NCBI GenBank assembly: GCA_964451415.1
Contig: CAYVHU010000014.1
Location: 6,521 to 70,520, forward strand
DNA length: 64,000 bases
Reading direction: 5' to 3'
Origin: an uncultured Magnetovibrio sp.
Lineage (GTDB): Bacteria; Pseudomonadota; Alphaproteobacteria; Rhodospirillales; Magnetovibrionaceae
Below are positions 45,980 through 54,859 of this stretch, piece by piece; position 1 is the stretch's first letter, and each line of letters opens with the position of its first letter. The notes below the pieces were generated by a model that was not told the origin of the DNA, searched no databases, and saw only the letters and a program-made list of their open reading frames with translations. The translations under genes and the position numbers were made by a program.

Positions 45980-47800
45980 ATGAACGCCTCGAAAAATCAA
46001 GCAGTGATCGCAACCCTGACGCGGCACGCCAAAAAGGTCTGCGCCATGGTGTCCCGGGGTGGCGCGTTTACGGTGTGGGTTTTCGGGGGTGACGCCAAGC
46101 TGCGTTTGAACTTGTCGAGCATGTTGCCATTGAACGCAACGTTGGGCGTTTTGGGGACCCGCCTTGATGAAGCCGCCGATACGGTGGAACGTGAATTGCT
46201 GGATTTGGATCAACAGGTCTTGTCGGAAGAAAAGGACCGTCTGGCCTGGTGCGCCAGTTTGATCGGTGATCGCAGCCCGTATGCCGGGGATCTTCAGCTT
46301 AACACGGCGCGCTATATAGTTATGGATGGCATCGTTCGTGCGGGCGGGCGACATTTATTTTTTGTTGAAAACGATATTATCGCTCAGGCATTGGTACGTG
46401 CCGCCCAGACCAACGCTCTTCACGTGAGTTGGCATGGTGGGCAACGCCGAGCGTCTTCGTTCATGAAGACGGTGCGCGCCAAGATGTCAGCGTTAAGGAC
46501 CCATTGGCGACAATCGAGCGTGTTGAAAAAAATGCGGCGCACCCGTCCGGCACCATGGGGAAAGCTGGAAGAATGTGACGTTTTGCTGATCGATTGGGCG
46601 GGTGTCAATGGCTTTGACCCCGTGCACCACACCGGGCGCACGCACAATCTTGTGCGCATGGCGGAGATCTTGCGCAAGGCGGGACTCAAGGTTGGCTTCA
46701 TCGCCAATGCATTGAGTTGGACCCAGCCGTATGAGGCCATCGCCGCCAACGTCACCGCTGCTTTTGACCCAGTGGTTTTGATTGATGAATGTCGGAGCAT
46801 GGGCTCGGTTGTGCGCGGAGCATGGGCGACGTGGGGCATGCTGCGGCGGCTTAAATTTAACTTTCGAGCAGCGGGCCATGATCTGAGTGCACTGTTTGAA
46901 CTGGAATGCAACAAAGATAAAATCTATCCGCAATCCACATTGGCCTACACCCTTGCTGACGTGGCCAGGACCTTGGCAACGCACAAGGTTATGCCCAAAG
47001 CAATTGTCTATCCGTTTGAGAATCAGGGCTGGGAACGTGCCTTGATTGTCGGCATGCGCAGGCATTTGCCGAATACGCGTCTGATTGCGTATCAGCACTC
47101 TCCGTTTGCAGCGCGCTATATCGGCATTTTCCCACCGCGTAATGACATCAATGTTGATCGATTGCCGGACCGGTTTGTGGTGATGGGGCCGCACTATGTA
47201 AAATTGTTTGCGGACCATGGTTGGCCTTGGAAGCGTCTGGTGCTCGGCGGCAGCGTGCGTTTCGAAGCGGCTCTGGCCGATCCCCCGCAACCCGTTCGCG
47301 GTGGAATCAAGACGGTTCTGGCGGTGCCTTCTATTGATTTTGCCGAAGCTTTGGATCTGGTGGTCAAGGTGGGAACGGCGATCAAATTTGTTCCCGGCGC
47401 ACATTTGGTGGTGAATTTTCATCCCGTGGTAGATCAGGCTTTTCGGGATGATTTGGTTGAGGCCGTGGGGAAGGACATCATGGAAAAAGCCAAGGTTTCG
47501 TATGCCCGCGCAGCGGATTTGATCGCTGGGGCCGACGTTTTGGTTTACAACAGTTCCGGTGCGGTGTTTGACGCGTGTTTTGCCGGAGTGCCCGCGGTGC
47601 ACGTTGCCGTGGATGGTTGCTTGAGTTATGACAAGGTGCCGGGCACGATATCGCGGCGCGTTTATACAGTGGATGACCTGACAGACGTGTTGCGTGAACT
47701 TTTATCCAAACGTCAGAATGTGGCTCCTGATTTGTCTGTTGGCGGTGTGGTTGGGCCGGTTGACGAAGGTGCCATCGTGAGCGCCGTGAGGGGGGCATGA
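45980..47800 (+). CDS. large hypothetical protein (about 606 aa), possibly a GT-B-like transferase
   Basis: ATG 45980 lies 4 nt after the HAD stop. The track start (45737) overlaps the HAD gene. C-terminal 'HLVVNFHPVVDQ...ADLIAGADVLVYNSSGAVFDACFAGVPAVHV' resembles a GT-B C-terminal half. Confidence 0.5.
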   Translation: MNASKNQAVIATLTRHAKKVCAMVSRGGAFTVWVFGGDAKLRLNLSSMLPLNATLGVLGTRLDEAADTVERELLDLDQQVLSEEKDRLAWCASLIGDRSPYAGDLQLNTARYIVMDGIVRAGGRHLFFVENDIIAQALVRAAQTNALHVSWHGGQRRASSFMKTVRAKMSALRTHWRQSSVLKKMRRTRPAPWGKLEECDVLLIDWAGVNGFDPVHHTGRTHNLVRMAEILRKAGLKVGFIANALSWTQPYEAIAANVTAAFDPVVLIDECRSMGSVVRGAWATWGMLRRLKFNFRAAGHDLSALFELECNKDKIYPQSTLAYTLADVARTLATHKVMPKAIVYPFENQGWERALIVGMRRHLPNTRLIAYQHSPFAARYIGIFPPRNDINVDRLPDRFVVMGPHYVKLFADHGWPWKRLVLGGSVRFEAALADPPQPVRGGIKTVLAVPSIDFAEALDLVVKVGTAIKFVPGAHLVVNFHPVVDQAFRDDLVEAVGKDIMEKAKVSYARAADLIAGADVLVYNSSGAVFDACFAGVPAVHVAVDGCLSYDKVPGTISRRVYTVDDLTDVLRELLSKRQNVAPDLSVGGVVGPVDEGAIVSAVRGA

Positions 47801-48705
47801 ACCCCGTCCCGACCCTCAGTGTCATCATGACCGTTTTCAATGGCGATGCGTTTTTGCAAGAAACGCTGGATGGCGTTTGGGCGCAGACGTTTACGGATTT
47901 TGAGCTGGTGGTGGTCAACAACGGTTCCACCGATGGCACCCAGGCGATTTTGGACGCCGTGGACGATGCACGGTTGCGGGTTATCCAGGCGCCCGCACGC
48001 GGCGGCACCTTCGGCGATGGTATCCGCCTTGCCTACGCGCATGCGTGCGGCACGTACATCGCGGTGCAAGACGCCGACGATGTGTCCTTGCCGACGCGCT
48101 TTGAGAAACAGGTTGCCGCGCTTGAGGCGAACGGCAGCCTTGGCCTTGTTTTTGGCGCGTATCAGGACATGGACGCCGACGGCAATGTGGATGTCGTTCA
48201 CCATCCGCCGGGCGAGCAGCACGATTTGGCCAACGCATTACAGTCTCACAATCCACTGGCCCATTCCACGTACATGTACCGCAAGGCGGCGTCCGATCAG
48301 GTGGGGGGCTATGCGGGCGAATACGCCTACGGTCCCGATTTTGCGCTGGTGGTGCGGCTGATGAAAAAGGGCTGGGGCGTGAAGGGGCTTGACGATGTGG
48401 TGTTGAAACTGCGCTGTCATCCGGGGCAGGTTTCCATCGCGTCTGATTTTAGTGTTATGCGGGCGCACGATGCGTTGTATCTGTTTCGCGAAGCCTCCGG
48501 TTTGGCGGGGATATCGCCTCAGGCCAGACGTGCGGGACGTCACCGGATTGCGAAGTGCGCGGTTCAATACGCCCTGGCTTTGCTTAAGGAAGGACGCGTG
48601 CGTGAAGGCGTCAAACAGATGCTGATGGGATTGTTGCGCTATCCCCTTTATGGCTCTGCCTACTTGGTGTATCGATTAGCCTTCCAAAAGGGGAGAAAAA
48701 CATGA
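47797..48705 (+). CDS. family 2 glycosyltransferase
   Basis: 'LSVIMTVFNGDAFLQETLDGVWAQTFTDFELVVVNNGSTDGT' and 'QDADDVSLPTR' (DxD). Confidence 0.85.
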   Translation: MNPVPTLSVIMTVFNGDAFLQETLDGVWAQTFTDFELVVVNNGSTDGTQAILDAVDDARLRVIQAPARGGTFGDGIRLAYAHACGTYIAVQDADDVSLPTRFEKQVAALEANGSLGLVFGAYQDMDADGNVDVVHHPPGEQHDLANALQSHNPLAHSTYMYRKAASDQVGGYAGEYAYGPDFALVVRLMKKGWGVKGLDDVVLKLRCHPGQVSIASDFSVMRAHDALYLFREASGLAGISPQARRAGRHRIAKCAVQYALALLKEGRVREGVKQMLMGLLRYPLYGSAYLVYRLAFQKGRKT

Positions 48706-49487
48706 AAGTCGTGATTCTGTGTGGCGGTAAGGGGACGCGTATCCGCGGTGTGGATGACAGCCTGCCCAAGCCCATGATCCCGGTTGGCCCCTATCCGATC
48801 GTGTGGCACATCATGCGTTCTTACGCTCATTTCGGCTTTAAGGATTTTGTCTTGTGTCTTGGATACAAGGGTGGGGCGATCAAGGATTTTTTCCTGAATT
48901 ACCGCTCAACGGTGTCGGATTTCACCATTGATTTCGCCAAAGGCGGTGAAACCACATTTGATAAAGCGAACGAACAGCTCGACTGGCGTGTGACCCTGGC
49001 AGAAACCGGCGAAAATACCCTGACCGGTTCGCGGGTGAAAAAGATAGAACACTATATTGGTGATGATGAAAGTTTTATGCTGACCTACGGCGACGGCGTG
49101 TGCGACATCGACATTCATGAATTGTTGGCCTTTCACAAAAGCCATGGCAAGCACATGAGCGTCTCGGGTGTGCGTCCGCCGGGACGTTTCGGCGAACTGG
49201 ATCATGACGAAAAGGGCCAAATCGTTGAGTTCAATGAAAAGCCCCAAGCCACCGGGGGGCGGATTTCCGGCGGGTTCTTTGTCTGTCAGCGCGAAGTTCT
49301 CGATTATCTCGACGCGGAGCGTGATGATGAAACGCTGGAAACCGAACCCATGCGCCATCTGGCGCGTGACGGACAAATGATGATGTACGGCCACGACGGC
49401 TTTTGGCAGTGCATGGATACATATCGGGACTATGCGTTGCTCAATGATCTGGTCGAAAACGGTACCGCGCCATGGATCAAATGGTAG
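48702..49487 (+). CDS. rfbF: glucose-1-phosphate cytidylyltransferase
   Basis: 'MKVVILCGGKGTRIRG...LPKPMIPVGPYPIVWHIM', 'FVLCLGYKG' and 'HDGFWQCMDTYRD'. Confidence 0.9.
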   Translation: MKVVILCGGKGTRIRGVDDSLPKPMIPVGPYPIVWHIMRSYAHFGFKDFVLCLGYKGGAIKDFFLNYRSTVSDFTIDFAKGGETTFDKANEQLDWRVTLAETGENTLTGSRVKKIEHYIGDDESFMLTYGDGVCDIDIHELLAFHKSHGKHMSVSGVRPPGRFGELDHDEKGQIVEFNEKPQATGGRISGGFFVCQREVLDYLDAERDDETLETEPMRHLARDGQMMMYGHDGFWQCMDTYRDYALLNDLVENGTAPWIKW

Positions 49488-50551
49488 AGCTTATGGACTC
49501 CATGGCTTTCAAGGGACGGCGTGTCCTCGTCACCGGCTCCACCGGGTTCAAGGGCAGCTGGTTGTGTACGTGGCTTTTGCATCTGGGCGCGGACGTTTCC
49601 GGTTTTGCGTTGCCGCCGGAACCCGATGCGCCGTTGTTCGATCAGTTGCGCCTGCGCGATCGCCTCGACCAGCACGACGGCGACATCCGCGATATGAATA
49701 CCGTGCGCGCCATGCTGGACGCGACGCAGCCGGAAATCATCTTCCATCTGGCCGCCCAGCCGCTGGTGCGTTACAGCTATCTTGAGCCGAAACTGACGTT
49801 CGATACCAACGTCGGCGGCGCGGTGAACCTGCTGGACGGGATCAGGGCATCCAAGGGCGTGAAGGCGCTGGTGTTCGTGACCTCCGACAAGGCCTATCGC
49901 AACAAGGAATGGGTGTGGGGGTATCGCGAAAACGATGAACTGGGCGGGCACGACCCGTATTCCGCTTCCAAGGCGGCGGCGGAAATCGTGTTCGCGGGCT
50001 ATCAGGACAGTTTTTTTAAGGACCGTGCGGATTTTGCCGCCGCTTCGGTGCGCGCGGGCAACGTGATCGGCGGTGGAGACATGTCGGCGGATCGCATCGT
50101 CCCCGATTGTATCCGTGCCTTCAAAAACGCAGATGAAATCGTGTTGCGTAACCCGGATTCCACGCGCCCCTGGCAGCATGTGCTGGAGCCGTTGTCGGGC
50201 TACATGGCGGTTGCGCAGGGTTTGCTGGTCGATGCGGATCGCACCCGCGGGGCGTGGAATTTCGGTCCCGATGCGCAAAACGTGCGCACCGTGCGCGAGC
50301 TTGCCGAAACCGCCTCGAAAATTTGGGGTGCGGGCAGCGTGCGTGTGGAACGCGATCCCAACCAGCCCCACGAAGCAAACCTTCTGATGCTCAACTCAGA
50401 CAAGGCCAAGTCGGAACTGGGCTGGCGCGTGCACTGGGATTTCGAGGCGGCGGTCGCCCATACGGTGAACTGGTATAAACGTGTCCATGACGGCGAAGAT
50501 GCGTTTGACGTGACCAAGGAACAGTTGGAAGCCTTTGTGGGAGACGCCTAG
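49472..50551 (+). CDS. rfbG: CDP-glucose 4,6-dehydratase
   Basis: 'RVLVTGSTGFKGSWLCTWLLHLGADVSGF', 'VFVTSDKAYRN', 'DPYSASKAAAE' and 'VRAGNVIGGGD'. Confidence 0.9.
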   Translation: MDQMVELMDSMAFKGRRVLVTGSTGFKGSWLCTWLLHLGADVSGFALPPEPDAPLFDQLRLRDRLDQHDGDIRDMNTVRAMLDATQPEIIFHLAAQPLVRYSYLEPKLTFDTNVGGAVNLLDGIRASKGVKALVFVTSDKAYRNKEWVWGYRENDELGGHDPYSASKAAAEIVFAGYQDSFFKDRADFAAASVRAGNVIGGGDMSADRIVPDCIRAFKNADEIVLRNPDSTRPWQHVLEPLSGYMAVAQGLLVDADRTRGAWNFGPDAQNVRTVRELAETASKIWGAGSVRVERDPNQPHEANLLMLNSDKAKSELGWRVHWDFEAAVAHTVNWYKRVHDGEDAFDVTKEQLEAFVGDA

Positions 50552-50992
50552 GTGATTGACGGCCTTGTCATCACGCCGCTGGAACAAATCCGCGATGAAC
50601 GCGGTGCCGTTTTGCACATGTTGCGCCGTGACGCGCCGCACTTCGCGGGCTTTGGCGAGGTGTATTTTTCCGTCGTCAATCCGGGCGTGGTGAAGGGCTG
50701 GCGGCGGCACCGGGAAATGGTCATGAGCCTTTGTGTGCCCAAGGGCCGCGTCAAGCTGGTGTTGGCCGATCAGCGCGAAGGCAGTGTTACCGCCGGTGAA
50801 ATTCAAGAGATCGTTCTGGGCGAAGCGCCACCCGATTATCGTCTGGTGAGCGTGCCTGCCATGGTGTGGAGCGGCTTTCAGTGTATCGGTGAGGAGCCCG
50901 CGATGATCGCCAATTGCGCCTCGATCCCCCACGCGCCGGATGAGGTCGAACGCCTTCCCCTTGAGAGCGATGCCATCCGTTATGTCTGGTAA
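50552..50992 (+). CDS. cupin-fold sugar-nucleotide 3,5-epimerase/isomerase-like protein (RmlC/WxcM-like), GTG start
   Basis: 'ITPLEQIRDERGAVLHML...GEVYFSVVNPGVVKGWRRH'. 146 aa. Confidence 0.6.
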   Translation: MIDGLVITPLEQIRDERGAVLHMLRRDAPHFAGFGEVYFSVVNPGVVKGWRRHREMVMSLCVPKGRVKLVLADQREGSVTAGEIQEIVLGEAPPDYRLVSVPAMVWSGFQCIGEEPAMIANCASIPHAPDEVERLPLESDAIRYVW

Positions 50993-51914
50993 AACCGTCG
51001 TCGTCACCGGGGTTAGCAGCTTTGTCGGCTGTCATCTGGCACAGGCTTTCGCGGACTCAGGAGATCGCGTGATCGCGGTCACGTCGCGCCCGCAAACGGC
51101 CTATGAAGGCGTGCGCGCCCGGCGCTTGGCGTATATTCAAGACGACGTTGAATTTCAGGTGTGCGATTTGTGCGATGCGGATGCGTTGGCGGCGCTCACC
51201 GAAACGTGCCAGCCCGACGTGTGGGTGCAACATGCCGGTTACGCCGACAACTACGCCTCGCGCGATTACAATCTGGAAAAGTCTCTTGCGTTGAACGTCG
51301 TGGCGCTGGAGCCGTTGTATAAACGTTTGGCGCACACACATTGCGGCGTCATCGTCACCGGCTCCTCCATGGAATATGCCTCAAGCGAGGTCGCGAACCG
51401 CGAAGACGATGTGTGTTGGCCGGACTTGCCCTACGGCGTGTCCAAGCTGGCGGAGACGATTGAGGCCTCGCGCCTTGCGCGTCAATACGCGGTGGCGACC
51501 CGCGTGGCCCGGCTTTACATTCCCGTCGGTCCGCTGGATGCGCCGGGGAAGCTGCTGGATTTTGTGATCGGGCAATTGTCGAAGGGCGAAGTTGCAGACT
51601 TGTCGGCGTGTACGCAACGCCGGGATTTCGTCGGCGTTGCCGACATTGCCAACGCGTATACCTTGTTGGCGAAGGATATGGATCGACAAATTTTCGATGT
51701 TTTCAACATTTGCTCGGGCGAAGCGGTGGAACTCAAATCCCTGTTGCAGGAACTAGCGCGTATCATGGGGGCAAACGAGGCTTTATTGAATTTTGGCGCG
51801 AAACCTATGCGTCCCGGCGAGCCGATGGTGTCCTTTGGCGACAACGCCAAGGCGAAAGCCGTGCTGGGCTGGCAGCCGCGCCCGCTCCAAAGCGCGCTTC
51901 AGGTGTTGTTGTAA
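50982..51914 (+). CDS. NAD(P)-dependent epimerase/reductase (extended SDR)
   Basis: 'KTVVVTGVSSFVGCHLAQAF' and 'YGVSK' (YxxxK). Start ATG 50982 overlaps the upstream gene end. Confidence 0.75.
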   Translation: MSGKTVVVTGVSSFVGCHLAQAFADSGDRVIAVTSRPQTAYEGVRARRLAYIQDDVEFQVCDLCDADALAALTETCQPDVWVQHAGYADNYASRDYNLEKSLALNVVALEPLYKRLAHTHCGVIVTGSSMEYASSEVANREDDVCWPDLPYGVSKLAETIEASRLARQYAVATRVARLYIPVGPLDAPGKLLDFVIGQLSKGEVADLSACTQRRDFVGVADIANAYTLLAKDMDRQIFDVFNICSGEAVELKSLLQELARIMGANEALLNFGAKPMRPGEPMVSFGDNAKAKAVLGWQPRPLQSALQVLL

Positions 51915-51917
51915 GCC

Positions 51918-52910
51918 ATGCGTCTGGAACATCTTCACTATTTGCGCTGTCCAAAAAGCGGAACCCCCCTTGAACTCGTGGACGAGATCGTCGAGGCGGG
52001 CCGCGTTAAAACGGGGCGTCTGGTGGCTCCGGGCGGACAAAGCTATCCCATCGTCGATTTCATTCCGCGCTTTGTGGGGGGCGATAACTATGCTGCCAAT
52101 TTCGGTTTTGAGTGGCAGGTCCACGCCCGCACCCAGTTCGACGCGGATGCGCGCCACAATATGTCCGAAGAGCGCGTTTTTGGCGTTTCAAAGTGGGATC
52201 GCGATTTAAGCGGCGAGATCATTTTGGAGGCCGGTTCCGGGTCGGGGCGCTTTAGCGAACACCTGTTGGGCACCGGCGCGATGGTGGTGTCGTTCGATTA
52301 TTCGCAAGCCGTCGAACCCAACTATGCTTCCAACGGCGCGCACGAAAACCTGTTGTTGGTGCAGGCCGACATTTACAATATGCCCTTTGCAAAAGCGTCC
52401 TTCGACAAGGTGTTTTGTTTTGGCGTGTTGCAGCACACCCCCGATCCCCATGCTTCGTTTCAGGCCCTTGTGGCGATGATGAAGCCCGGCGCAAAAATTG
52501 CCACCGACATTTATCTGAAGACCTTCAAACGCTATTATCTGAACACACGCTATTGGGTGCGTCCGCTGACGCGCACCATGAACCCGCAGAAACTCTATGC
52601 TAGGTGCAAGGCCTACATTGATTTCATGTGGCCGCTGGCGCGTCTGATCCGTCGTATCCCCAAGGTGGGCGAGGCCATCAACTGGCGGCTTCTGATTGCC
52701 GATTACGCCGTACAAATGCCCGATGCCAGCGACGAAACACTCAAGACGTGGGCCTATCTGGATACCTTCGACATGCTCTCGCCCGCCTTCGACATTCCGC
52801 AAACGCCGGGGACGTTCCGGCGCTGGCATGAAGAGGCCGGGTTGGCGGACATTGACGTAGGCCTCGGTCCCAACGGTGTGGTCGGCACCGCCGTCAAAGC
52901 GAAAGCCTGA
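51918..52910 (+). CDS. class I SAM-dependent methyltransferase with an N-terminal Trm112-like segment
   Basis: 'LRCPKSGTPLEL', 'ILEAGSGSGRFSEHLL', 'FDKVFCFGVLQHTPDP' and 'MKPGAKI'. Confidence 0.75.
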   Translation: MRLEHLHYLRCPKSGTPLELVDEIVEAGRVKTGRLVAPGGQSYPIVDFIPRFVGGDNYAANFGFEWQVHARTQFDADARHNMSEERVFGVSKWDRDLSGEIILEAGSGSGRFSEHLLGTGAMVVSFDYSQAVEPNYASNGAHENLLLVQADIYNMPFAKASFDKVFCFGVLQHTPDPHASFQALVAMMKPGAKIATDIYLKTFKRYYLNTRYWVRPLTRTMNPQKLYARCKAYIDFMWPLARLIRRIPKVGEAINWRLLIADYAVQMPDASDETLKTWAYLDTFDMLSPAFDIPQTPGTFRRWHEEAGLADIDVGLGPNGVVGTAVKAKA

Positions 52911-52912
52911 AC

Positions 52913-54859
52913 ATGTGCGGCATCGCCGGATATATCGACTTGAAGACGTCCACGTCTGAAGAGGTGCTGGAACGCCATGCCCTCGCTATGGCGGGGGCGA
53001 TGGTGCGCCGCGGTCCCGACGATCAAGGCGCATGGACGGATGCGCAAGCCGGTGTTGCGCTGGCGCAGGCGCGACTTTCGATCATCGACTTGAGCGAGGC
53101 GGGTCACCAGCCGATGGTTTCTCACAACGGACGTTATGTGATCGTCTACAATGGCGAGGTCTATAATGCCGAGGATTTGCGCGCCCATCTGGACGGTGTG
53201 GATTGGCGCGGGCACTCCGACACCGAAGTAATCCTGGAAGCGTGCGCGCGTTGGGGGCTGACGGTAACGCTTGAAAAACTGATTGGCATGTTTGCCTTTG
53301 CCCTTTGGGACCGTGAAGAGCGGACCTTGAGCCTGGTGCGCGATCGCTTCGGCATCAAGCCATTGTATTGGGGCGAGGTCGATGGAAAGTTCCTGTTCGC
53401 CAGTGAACTAAAGGCGTTGATGGCGCTGAAAGGATGGACGCGCAGGATTGATCGCAATGCCTTAGCGTCGTACATGCGCTTCAACTACGTCCCCGCGCCG
53501 CAGTCGATTTTTCAAGGCCTGCACAAGCTGCAACCGGGTCATATCCTGACCTTTCATGCCGGGCGCGGTGCCGTTGATATAGAACGCTATTGGAATGTGC
53601 GCGCCATCGCCGCCGCCGGGGCGCGCAATCCGTTGAAACTGGACGACGCGCAGGCCGAAGACGAATTGGATCGTCTGGTGCGCGACGCGGTCAAACGGCG
53701 CATGGTGGCCGACGTGCCGCTGGGCGCATTTCTGTCCGGTGGCATCGACAGTTCCACCGTGGTGGCCGCCATGCAGGCGCAAAGCGTGCGCGCCGTCAAA
53801 ACGTTTACCATCGGCTTCGATGTCGAGGGCTATGACGAAAGTGCGCATGCCGCCGCCATTGCCAAACATCTGGGTACGGATCATACCGAGCTTCGCGTGA
53901 CCCCACAGCATGCTTTGGATGTAGTGCCCGATTTGGCGACATGGTACGACGAGCCGTTTGCTGACTCCTCGCAAATCCCAACTTTTCTCATCAGCAAGCT
54001 GGCGCGCGAACACGTCACGGTGTCCCTGTCCGGTGATGGTGGGGATGAGTTGTTCGCAGGCTATGAGCGTCACAAATGGGGCGAAGCCCTGTGGCGTCGT
54101 ACCGGCTGGCTGCCGCGTCCGGCGGCGCGTTTGGGGGCTGCGGCCTTGCGCCTGCCGCCGGATGCGCTGTGGCGCGGCGTGAATGCGATTTTGCCGCACC
54201 GCTTGAAGGTCTCCCACCCCGCACTGAAGGCGCACAAGCTGGCTGACGTGTTGGCGTTGAGCGATCCGCAGGCCCTGTATCGCCGTCTGGTCACCGCCTG
54301 GGACGATCCGAACGCCTTGGTGCCGGGGGCGCATGAACCGCACGGTTTGGAATGGGACACAACACTGGCCCGGGATATTCCGGGCGTGATGGAACAAATG
54401 CAGGTGCTGGATGCGCTGACGTATCTGCCGGACGATATTTTGACCAAGGTGGACCGCGCGTCCATGGCGGTGTCTTTGGAAGCGCGCGTGCCACTGCTGG
54501 ATCACCGTATTGCGGAATTCGCCTTTGGCTTGCCGCGGTCCCTGCGCCATCGTGGGGGACAGGGCAAATGGCTGTTGCGCAAGGTGCTGGCGCGTTACGT
54601 TCCGCCAAGCCTGTTTGAACGCCCGAAAATGGGCTTCGGCATTCCCGTCGGTCCATGGCTGCGCGGTCCCTTGCGCGATTGGGCCGAAAATCTTCTGAGT
54701 GTCGAGGCCCTGGAAGACGGCGGCTATCTGGCGTCTGCGCCGATTCGAAAAACATGGGCGGAGCATTTGTCGGGACGGGCGGACTGGACCACCCACCTGT
54801 GGACGGTGTTGATGTTTCAGGCGTGGCGGGAACGCTGGAAAGATGGGGCCGCGCGATGA
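52913..54859 (+). CDS. asnB: asparagine synthase (glutamine-hydrolysing) family amidotransferase, glycan-locus type
   Basis: 'MCGIAGYI' (Ntn Cys2), 'YNGEVYN', 'HSDTEV', 'GAFLSGGIDSSTVVA' (PP-loop), 'LSGDGGDELFAGY' and 'DRASMAVSLEARVPLLD'. Confidence 0.88.
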   Translation: MCGIAGYIDLKTSTSEEVLERHALAMAGAMVRRGPDDQGAWTDAQAGVALAQARLSIIDLSEAGHQPMVSHNGRYVIVYNGEVYNAEDLRAHLDGVDWRGHSDTEVILEACARWGLTVTLEKLIGMFAFALWDREERTLSLVRDRFGIKPLYWGEVDGKFLFASELKALMALKGWTRRIDRNALASYMRFNYVPAPQSIFQGLHKLQPGHILTFHAGRGAVDIERYWNVRAIAAAGARNPLKLDDAQAEDELDRLVRDAVKRRMVADVPLGAFLSGGIDSSTVVAAMQAQSVRAVKTFTIGFDVEGYDESAHAAAIAKHLGTDHTELRVTPQHALDVVPDLATWYDEPFADSSQIPTFLISKLAREHVTVSLSGDGGDELFAGYERHKWGEALWRRTGWLPRPAARLGAAALRLPPDALWRGVNAILPHRLKVSHPALKAHKLADVLALSDPQALYRRLVTAWDDPNALVPGAHEPHGLEWDTTLARDIPGVMEQMQVLDALTYLPDDILTKVDRASMAVSLEARVPLLDHRIAEFAFGLPRSLRHRGGQGKWLLRKVLARYVPPSLFERPKMGFGIPVGPWLRGPLRDWAENLLSVEALEDGGYLASAPIRKTWAEHLSGRADWTTHLWTVLMFQAWRERWKDGAAR

